A stretch of DNA of 24,000 nucleotides from an uncultured Intestinibacillus sp. (GTDB lineage Bacteria > Bacillota > Clostridia > Oscillospirales > Butyricicoccaceae): positions 57,630 to 81,629 of the forward strand of contig CAZOJP010000001.1 in NCBI GenBank assembly GCA_964580155.1, given 5' to 3'. The notes under the pieces are model-generated. The model was not told the origin of the DNA. It ran no database searches and was given only the letters and a program-made list of their open reading frames with translations. Of the stretch, positions 9,646 through 15,963 are shown in pieces. The translations under genes were made by a program, and so were the position numbers. Each line of letters starts with the position of its first letter. Positions within the stretch are counted from its first letter, which is position 1.

Positions 9646-10391
9646 AGTGTTTCCTTTCCTTTTTGCGCGGTGAAAAACAGTCGATGCTCCTGCCCCGTAA
9701 CAGGGTCAAAGCTCAATTCGGGGTATACCTTGCAAGCGATAAAGCCGGTGTCGTCCAACAAAATGAGCAGCTCTTCGAGCGTATAAATGCGCTCCTGATG
9801 GGTCTCTTGTGCACGCTCCCAGCGGTTTTTGCCGCGGTTTTCAAAAATATCGAATTCATAGGTACAGAGTGTGTCATCCACAAGGCATTGCCAGACACAG
9901 TAAACGTCCTCGTCCTCCCGCACATAGCTTTGACCCGCAATGTCGCGGAATTTTTTAGACGTGTTGATATCGAAAATAAAGATGCCGCCCGGCTCCAGTG
10001 CCTCATACACGCGCGCAAAGGCGGTGCGCAGCACGGCAGGATCGGTGATATAGTTGATGCTGTCAAGGCAGCACACGCAAGCGTCCACCGTCCCATAAAG
10101 CTCAAGCTCTTCCATGCGCTGGTGCAGCAGCAGCGGGCGCGGCGTTAAATCGACCGTACGCATCAGCGCCTGCGACAGCATTTCGGCAGATGCATCTACA
10201 CCGATCATATCGTAGCCGCGCGCCGCGAGCAGCGCTGTAATCGTGCCTGTGCCGCACGCCAAATCGAGAATCAGCTTGGGCTCGACATTCTCTCGACGAA
10301 AGATTTCCTCAAAATAATCCGCCCATGCGTCATATCCCACATCATCTGTAAAGCGGTCATAGTAGGCGGACAAAACTTCATAACTATCCAT
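9642..10391 (-). CDS. Class I SAM-dependent methyltransferase
   Basis: 249 aa. Motif I is ILDLACGTGTIT; post-I is GYDMIGVDAS. Overlaps yerC by 8 nt and hslO by 4 nt. Confidence 0.8.
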   Translation of the reverse strand: MDSYEVLSAYYDRFTDDVGYDAWADYFEEIFRRENVEPKLILDLACGTGTITALLAARGYDMIGVDASAEMLSQALMRTVDLTPRPLLLHQRMEELELYGTVDACVCCLDSINYITDPAVLRTAFARVYEALEPGGIFIFDINTSKKFRDIAGQSYVREDEDVYCVWQCLVDDTLCTYEFDIFENRGKNRWERAQETHQERIYTLEELLILLDDTGFIACKVYPELSFDPVTGQEHRLFFTAQKGKETL

Positions 10392-10680
10392 TCTTTTTCT
10401 TCAGTTGCTCGAGCACCGTACGATATCCGTCTGTGCCATAGGTTAAACATTTGTTGACGCGGCTGATTGTTGCGGTGCTTGCCCCTGTCTCACGGACAAT
10501 ATCGCTATAGATTTGTCCCTGATCCAGCATTTTGGCAACCTGAAAACGCTGTTCCATCGCGTGCAGCTCGGTGATTGTGCATAAATCCTCAAAGAAATTG
10601 TAGCACTCATCAATGCTCCGCAGGGTTAAGATCGCCTCAAACAGCTCGTCCATATGTTGGTCTCGCAGCTTATCGTTCAT
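10384..10680 (-). CDS. yerC: TrpR-like YerC/YecD family DNA-binding protein
   Basis: Nearly collinear with B. subtilis YerC as I recall it (...FFEDxCT..E....QRFxVAKML......Y.DI...TGASTATISRV...L.YG). GGAGG lies 8 nt before ATG 10680, so I prefer this start over the listed 10698. Confidence 0.85.
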   Translation of the reverse strand: MNDKLRDQHMDELFEAILTLRSIDECYNFFEDLCTITELHAMEQRFQVAKMLDQGQIYSDIVRETGASTATISRVNKCLTYGTDGYRTVLEQLKKKNG

Positions 10681-10711
10681 GTTGGCGTCCTCCTTCATTC
10701 ATATTGCTTCA

Positions 10712-10740
10712 ATATTAGCATATTAGCGCATGAAAGTAAA
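10712..10740 (-). promoter_or_regulatory. Candidate promoter for the yerC operon
   Basis: Minus strand TTTACT, a 17-nt spacer, then TAATAT. The -10 is part of a tandem GCTAATAT GCTAATAT. Confidence 0.4.
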
Positions 10741-11067
10741 TGCCCGGCAAGAATTATTTTGTTCGTTTGCATAGATAAAGGTCGCCTGTTTTGCTTGTTT
10801 TTGCCGTCGTCTTCTGGTAAACTGTAAAATAGTCTGTCGAAAAGAGCAATTTTCTGGAAATGTCTTGCAATGTTCCTCCGGTTCGTTGCAGGCAGCTGTG
10901 TCCTACCATTTTTCGGCTTCATTTTGTTCCATAGGCGACGCAGATGGTTCGTCGTCTTTTCCCTTTTGATAGTAGATATTTCATCCATGTCCTATAAATC
11001 TCCACTGTTCTAATCGTCTTGTTCTGCTGTCATATGGTACAACTACCCACATATGGAGGCCTTAAAT

Positions 11068-11652
11068 ATGTTAGAAGCCATCGTCGGGCACAACATTAAA
11101 AGCCAGCGCATGCAGAAGCATTGGACAATCGAATATCTCGCAGGACAGTGTGGTCTGGATGCGGCGCACGTTGGTCGCATCGAACGCGGGCAGCACAACG
11201 CAACCTTGACCACGCTTTCTCGTATTGCACGGGCGCTGAACTGCCGTCTGTGCCAGCTATTTAACGATGATAGCTGTACGGATTTGAATGCAATCTCCCT
11301 ATTTATGATGAATAATTTCTTCCATGTCACGCAGCAAACCGCGCTGTCTTGCTTCGATGAGCTCAGCATCGTTATTCGAAATAAATTGACTATTCAGGAT
11401 ATCGAGCAAGGCGCCTATGCCGCAAATGCGGAATTTTACGTCACGGAGGGAGAGTCTACCGTTCGGCGCAATCTCATCACATACGGCCTGACAGCCGTTT
11501 ACCTGCAGAAATTCGGACACACCTATCTCTCATTTCCCGATATATCGTCATATCGGGAAACGGTTGCAGAACTGGTGGCGATACTGAATCGTTTTCGTCC
11601 GTCTTGTCTGCATATAGACGATGTTATTCTGGATTATATGCAAACCTTATAA
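11068..11652 (+). CDS. XRE-family HTH transcriptional regulator with unrecognised C-terminal domain of about 130 aa
   Basis: GGAGG (11055-11059) lies 8 nt before ATG 11068. The N-terminal 65 aa form a classic Cro/CI-type HTH (IKSQRMQKHWTIEYLAGQCGLDAAHVGRIERGQHNATLTTLSRIARAL). I cannot assign the rest. The gene is AT-richer than its surroundings. Confidence 0.8.
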   Translation: MLEAIVGHNIKSQRMQKHWTIEYLAGQCGLDAAHVGRIERGQHNATLTTLSRIARALNCRLCQLFNDDSCTDLNAISLFMMNNFFHVTQQTALSCFDELSIVIRNKLTIQDIEQGAYAANAEFYVTEGESTVRRNLITYGLTAVYLQKFGHTYLSFPDISSYRETVAELVAILNRFRPSCLHIDDVILDYMQTL

Positions 11653-11674
11653 GGCACTTGCGGTATCAATGACC

Positions 11675-12222
11675 CTATACTCTAAAAAACAGGTTTTTTG
11701 AGACGAATGCTGCAACATAGCCGTCCTCATTGCGTGTGATGCAGCAGGCCGTCGCAACACATGCGAGCGGAAGCTGTGCGCCGGGTGCAAAGGGGCAGGA
11801 TAGCTGCAGCCCCGCAGATGTCTCCTGCGCTGCAACCGTGCCGGCTGCAATTATCTGATCAAATAGCGGACTCCCTGTCCAAAGCTGCGTCTGGTGACCG
11901 TTTGACGGCGGTGCGGTGCGCGTTGAAACCGTTTCGGCATGGTTCTCGCCCGCACGTCCATCGCGCGACAGGTAGTATTGCTGCGGAATTTCCGCACCGT
12001 AGCGGTGCAGGCTCTGCCTTGAAATTTTTTTTGGCACACGAGACGATGATGCACGGGCTCCATAACACCGATGAGCAGCGGTTCCGGTTCGGTTTTTGCA
12101 TAGCAGCGAAGCAATTCCTCGCTGACGCACGCGCAATCCACCGAAAATGTGACGGCTTGCGGCATTTCCGTAACGGTTACTTCTCCAATTTTTTCTCCGC
12201 GCCACAGCACCGGAAATTCCAT
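11675..12222 (-). pseudogene. Unknown-function gene interrupted by a one-base frameshift in an A8 tract
   Basis: The ORF from 12222 looks protein-like up to ...HRLVCQKK, then turns Arg-rich. The -1 frame is Arg-rich upstream of the tract and protein-like downstream (ISRQSLHRYGAEIPQQYYLSRDG...ACCITRNEDGYVAAFVSKNLFF). The switch point is the A8 run at 12025-12032. Adding one A gives a continuous 182-aa ORF. Confidence 0.6.
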
Positions 12223-12247
12223 ATCCCCCGCCCCCTATCGGTCAATC

Positions 12248-12285
12248 AAAAAGCGTATCCTTCTGTATAGAAAGATACGCTTTTT
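12248..12285. terminator. Bidirectional intrinsic terminator
   Basis: AAAAAGCGTATC-14 nt-GATACGCTTTTT. On the minus strand it follows the small ORF that ends at 12302. Confidence 0.7.
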
Positions 12286-12301
12286 CTCTGTCGTTTATGC
12301 C

Positions 12302-12460
12302 TTAATCAGCACGAGGGCGCAGCACCGCAGCCGCATATCCACTGGGAAACTGCGGCTGGGTCTTGGTGTGATACACCGTGTCGATTGCAGCGTAACAGGT
12401 GGCCAGCATGCCCAAAAGCAGCAAAGCCCCTACCCACAAATTGAACTTGCCCTGTTTCAC
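12302..12460 (-). CDS. Small (52 aa) single-pass membrane protein, not in ORF track
   Basis: GAGGA lies 9 nt before GTG 12460, 21 nt after the mazF stop. Translation: MKQGKFNLWVGALLLLGMLATCYAAIDTVYHTKTQPQFPSGYAAAVLRPRAD. It has a basic N-terminus and one hydrophobic helix, and a terminator follows. Confidence 0.45.
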   Translation of the reverse strand: MKQGKFNLWVGALLLLGMLATCYAAIDTVYHTKTQPQFPSGYAAAVLRPRAD

Positions 12461-12481
12461 TGCGTTTTGTCCTCATCCCAG

Positions 12482-12847
12482 TCATTCGATTGTCGGCGGC
12501 TCCAATCCAAAGCTTACGGCCAGTGCCTCATCTACACGGCTCATGCACACCTCGTCCAGACAACCCATTTTCTCACGCAGCCTGCGTTTGTCCAGTGTTC
12601 GGATTTGCTCGGTCAACACAATGGAATCCTTTGTCAGACCAAAGCTGCGCGCGCCCAGTTCGATATGCGTTGGCATTTTTGCCTTGTTGACCTGAGAAGT
12701 GATCGCCGCCGCAATCACCGTAGGGCTATGGCGATTCCCGACATTATTCTGAACGATAAGTACGGGACGTACGCCGCCCTGCTCGCTGCCGACCACCGGG
12801 CTGAGGTCGGCGTAGTAGATGTCTCCTCGTTTCACATTGTTATCCAC
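12482..12847 (-). CDS. mazF: MazF/PemK-family endoribonuclease toxin (EndoA-like)
   Basis: 121 aa with a GTG start. [60 protein letters not shown]... closely parallels B. subtilis EndoA/NdoA. Sits immediately downstream of alr, as in Bacillus. Confidence 0.9.
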   Translation of the reverse strand: MDNNVKRGDIYYADLSPVVGSEQGGVRPVLIVQNNVGNRHSPTVIAAAITSQVNKAKMPTHIELGARSFGLTKDSIVLTEQIRTLDKRRLREKMGCLDEVCMSRVDEALAVSFGLEPPTIE

Positions 12848-12922
12848 GATTTACACGCTCCGATGGAAAAGTATTTACAGGCACTTGCGTCCTGCAATAT
12901 TATTTTTCCCACAAAGTCAGCA

Positions 12923-12928
12923 ATTATA
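12923..12928 (-). promoter_or_regulatory. Possible -10 box (TATAAT) in the alr-mazF gap
   Basis: Perfect TATAAT on the minus strand, 75 nt upstream of the mazF GTG. The -35 at 17 nt (TAGGAT) is poor. Confidence 0.3.
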
Positions 12929-12985
12929 ACCACGGCGGCAGGAAAATCCTACCTTTCCATCCTATGCTGAAGAGCGTGTCCGGTT

Positions 12986-14110
12986 TCAATCAATATAAAT
13001 GCGCGGCACGCGGCTCGATACGGCGCACAGCACCTCGTATGTAATCGTCCGATCTGCGCGCGCGGCGGTTTCCGCCGTCACAATGTCGGTGCCGTATATA
13101 ATGACTTCATCCCCGCGCGCAACAGCCAGATCATCCGGCAATTCCGCCATGCACATATCCATGCAGATGCGTCCGACGACCGGCACCTCCCGTCCGCCGA
13201 TGAGGACGCTCGCGAGGCCGCTTCCCGCGCGCAGATATCCGTCCGCATAGCCGATGGACAGCACGGCAAGGCGTGTCTTGTGTGCTGTCCGGTAGATGCC
13301 ACCGTAGCTGACGCGGCTATCCGCGTCGACCTCGTGCACCTGCACAACGCGCGCTTTGAGCGTCATGGCAGGTTTGAGATCCACGTTGTGCGGCATTGCA
13401 GGGTCGGGATAAAAGCCATATAGGATAATGCCCGCGCGTACCATATTCGTGTCGCTATCCGGATATTGCAGCACAGCGCCGCTGTTCGCGCAATGGCGCA
13501 CAGCGAGATGCAGTCCGGCAGCCTCCAGGCCGTCACAAACCGCACGAAAGCGCGCGAACTGCTCCATCGTGTAGGCCTGCCCGCTTGCCTCGTCTGCGGC
13601 GGCAAAGTGCGTAAAAATACCGTCCGGCGTCAACCCAGGCAGGGCAGCACAGGTGATGATGTCCTGTATGGTCTGCTCCGGATGCGTTGACGGAAATCCC
13701 AGACGGGTCATGCCGGTGTCCAGCTTAAAGTGGACGGTGATGTTGTGGCCCTCCGCCTGTGCCGCCAAGGACAGCATTTGCGCGGTACCCAGATCGTATA
13801 CCGCGGCCGTGATGCCGTAGCGGGCAACCAGCGGTGCGTCCGCCTCGTCGACGTAGCCCAGAATCAGAATCGGCAGCGTGATCCCCTGTTCGCGCAATTC
13901 AACCGCTTCCGGCACCGTAGCAACGCCGAAATAGGATGCGCCCGCGCGCTGTAAGCGGCGCGCGACCGGCACGCTGCCGTGCCCATATGCATTCGCCTTG
14001 ATGACGCACAGCACATCCTTTTCGCCGACATGCCGCTTAATGTTGTGAAAATTTTGCTCGATGATATTGAGGTCGACCTCCGCCCAGGTGCGGTGGGTGC
14101 TTTTCTCCAT
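12986..14110 (-). CDS. alr: Alanine racemase
   Basis: 374 aa. PLP-lysine motif VIKANAYGHG and C-terminal ...GRICMDMCM...YEVLCAVSSRVPRIY. Confidence 0.95.
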   Translation of the reverse strand: MEKSTHRTWAEVDLNIIEQNFHNIKRHVGEKDVLCVIKANAYGHGSVPVARRLQRAGASYFGVATVPEAVELREQGITLPILILGYVDEADAPLVARYGITAAVYDLGTAQMLSLAAQAEGHNITVHFKLDTGMTRLGFPSTHPEQTIQDIITCAALPGLTPDGIFTHFAAADEASGQAYTMEQFARFRAVCDGLEAAGLHLAVRHCANSGAVLQYPDSDTNMVRAGIILYGFYPDPAMPHNVDLKPAMTLKARVVQVHEVDADSRVSYGGIYRTAHKTRLAVLSIGYADGYLRAGSGLASVLIGGREVPVVGRICMDMCMAELPDDLAVARGDEVIIYGTDIVTAETAARADRTITYEVLCAVSSRVPRIYID

Positions 14111-14116
14111 GGTTTG

Positions 14117-14719
14117 TCACTCCGAACTTGTTGTGGTATCTTTCCAGTTTTCAAATGTGCAGGTCAAAACGAGCACATTATTCCAGTAGCATTCTGCGCG
14201 CTGCGGCACATCGCCGTTCATCCAAACCTGCCGCGTGATCGTTCCGTCATCGTCTTCACGCACATATTTCAGCACTTGAAAGACCGTGCCGTCTGCGCGC
14301 TCGGCCCAGGTTTCCATCGGGCTGCCGCCGCGCAGCTCCGCAAAGAGATAGGGAATCACGTCCGCCGGTGTCAGTCCGGCCTTTAGCGAACCGGGTGCAT
14401 CAAGCTCCGTTCCCTCATATTGCAGGGTCAGCGCGGACGAATCCTCCCCTGCGATTGTCGCGGTGATGCCGGCAAGGGGTTCGGGCGCAGTCAGCGTAAG
14501 TGTGTCGCTGCCCTTCCTATTATACGCATAATCATATTGATACGCCAGTGTTGATTTTCCCAAATCCGAAACAACTGCAACATGAAAACTTGCCCCGGGT
14601 AGCTCGGCAAAACGCTTCTGCACCTGCGCGCTGCCCGCATTGGCACCTTTTCCTGCACCGCATGCACATAGCATAAACAGTGCGCCGCATAGCAGCGCTG
14701 CAAATCCGATCCTTTTCAG
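14117..14719 (-). CDS. Putative lipoprotein in the position of B. subtilis YdcC; probable non-AUG (CTG) start
   Basis: The listed ORF begins MLCACGAGKG, i.e. in the middle of a lipobox. Extending in frame gives (L/M)KRIGFAALLCGALFMLCAC, a complete lipoprotein signal peptide. AAGGGAG lies 9 nt upstream of CTG 14719. A conservative start is ATG 14674. Confidence 0.65.
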   Translation of the reverse strand: MKRIGFAALLCGALFMLCACGAGKGANAGSAQVQKRFAELPGASFHVAVVSDLGKSTLAYQYDYAYNRKGSDTLTLTAPEPLAGITATIAGEDSSALTLQYEGTELDAPGSLKAGLTPADVIPYLFAELRGGSPMETWAERADGTVFQVLKYVREDDDGTITRQVWMNGDVPQRAECYWNNVLVLTCTFENWKDTTTSSE

Positions 14720-14722
14720 GGA

Positions 14723-15595
14723 CTACCACTCCCTTGTATTATAGCGTCGCAATACCATCGGCAGCGCGTGCAGCAAATCGCTCGGTGTCATGCCATACTC
14801 CCCGATCGCATTTGCGCAGCGGTCTCCGGCCGCGCCATGCAGATACATACCCGCACACGCCGCATCCGCCGCCCCGAGCCCCTGCCCGCAAAGTGACAAC
14901 AGCATGCCCGCGAGCACGTCGCCGCTGCCGCCCTTCGCCATGCCCGGATTGCCGGTCGTGTTGCGAAAGCATTTGCCGTCCGGCGTGCACACGATTGAGC
15001 GATGCCCCTTGAGCAGTATAATCGCGCCGGTTTCTTGTGAAAACGCGGCGGCATCTTCCGCACTTGCAGCGGATGAACCACGCAGCCGGCGAAACTCCCC
15101 CGCATGTGGAGTCAGGATGACGGATGCCGCGGTATTGCGCAGTACATCTATATGTCCGCCGAGCGCATTTATGCCGTCGGCATCTACAATCACCGGACAG
15201 TTCACCTGCCGCAGCACTTCCTCTACCGCCTCGCGCACCCCATCGGACCGCCCTAGTCCGCAGCCGATGAGCACCGCGTCCAGCTTGCGGCAATGCGCAA
15301 GCGCCTGCGTCGCGCCCTGTGCGGTCAGCCTGCCGTCCGCATCGCACGCGACCGGATAGACAATCGGCTCGTTGAGCTTGCCAGCCAAAATGGGATAGAC
15401 CGCCTCCGGCGTGCACAGGGTGACAACGCCGCTGCCTGTGCGCACCGCCGCCTGCGCCGCAAAGTACGCCGCGCCCGTGTAGCCGCGGCTGCCGCAAAGG
15501 GCAAGAACGCGGCCGTAATCGTCCTTGTGACTGTCCGGCCTGCGTGCCGGAAGAGCGCGGTCGACAAAATCCTGTCTAATCTCCTGATACTTCAT
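14723..15595 (-). CDS. nnrD: ADP-dependent NAD(P)H-hydrate dehydratase (YjeF C-terminal/carbohydrate-kinase type)
   Basis: HKDDYGRVLALCGSRGYTGAAYFAA ... GNPGMAKGGSGDVLAGM signature. ATG 15595 overlaps the acpS stop (ATGA). The longer listed ORF to 15664 runs inside acpS. Confidence 0.85.
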   Translation of the reverse strand: MKYQEIRQDFVDRALPARRPDSHKDDYGRVLALCGSRGYTGAAYFAAQAAVRTGSGVVTLCTPEAVYPILAGKLNEPIVYPVACDADGRLTAQGATQALAHCRKLDAVLIGCGLGRSDGVREAVEEVLRQVNCPVIVDADGINALGGHIDVLRNTAASVILTPHAGEFRRLRGSSAASAEDAAAFSQETGAIILLKGHRSIVCTPDGKCFRNTTGNPGMAKGGSGDVLAGMLLSLCGQGLGAADAACAGMYLHGAAGDRCANAIGEYGMTPSDLLHALPMVLRRYNTREW

Positions 15596-15945
15596 GTGCT
15601 TTGCCCCCATAAAATCGCGGTTGCTGTCGCATAGGTGCGGCAATGCGAAATACTCAGCGACCACTCCAAGCGCTCATATCCGCGCACTGTAACGCGGGGT
15701 GCACCCGCTTCGGTGTGCCCAACCGCAATGTCGCGCAGTGCGACCTGTGCCCCAAAGCCGGTACCGAGCGCCTTGGCTACTGCCTCCTTGGCACAGAAAA
15801 TGCCCGCAGCGGTTTGCGCAGGCAAGGGCGCGTGCATAAAATAATCACGTTCTGCATCGGTGAACACGCGGCGCACAAAGACCTCGCGGTGCAAAAGTGA
15901 ACCGATGCGTTCAATTTCCAGAATGTCGGTGCCGATTCCACGCAT
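15592..15945 (-). CDS. acpS: Holo-[acyl-carrier-protein] synthase
   Basis: 117 aa. GIGTDILEIERI ... FCAKEAVAKALGTG ... SISH motifs of AcpS-type 4'-phosphopantetheinyl transferases. Confidence 0.9.
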   Translation of the reverse strand: MRGIGTDILEIERIGSLLHREVFVRRVFTDAERDYFMHAPLPAQTAAGIFCAKEAVAKALGTGFGAQVALRDIAVGHTEAGAPRVTVRGYERLEWSLSISHCRTYATATAILWGQST

Positions 15946-15963
15946 GCTGCCGCACGCCCCTTT

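Noticed and set aside
10695-10988. 97-aa minus-strand ORF filling the yerC-XRE intergenic region
   Set aside because: The product is very basic and low-complexity (KPKNGRTQLPATNRRNIARH...). It lies in 35-45% GC DNA that also has to hold two divergent promoters. It has only a weak GGAG 11 nt upstream, and I recognise no family. I cannot exclude a real small basic protein, but I cannot support it.
11031-11056. Direct repeat CATATGG ... CATATGG upstream of the XRE gene as an operator
   Set aside because: It is only 7 nt. The second copy is simply the out-of-context ATG plus SD (ATGGAGG). No extended dyad symmetry.
12149-12970. 273-aa plus-strand ORF spanning the mazF region
   Set aside because: It is antisense to mazF, the small ORF and a terminator. 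Its composition is Arg/Ser/His/Cys-rich, typical of shadow ORFs in GC-rich DNA.
12848-12985. 33-codon GTG-initiated ORF in the alr-mazF gap as a possible mini-antitoxin
   Set aside because: It has no SD and no RHH or AbrB-like pattern. It overlaps a TATAAT and the mazF RBS. It is too short and too hydrophobic/Cys-containing to resemble any MazE.
14739-15497. 252-aa alternative-frame ORF inside nnrD
   Set aside because: It is extremely Arg/Gly/Ala-rich, and the overlapping frame carries the conserved NnrD motifs.
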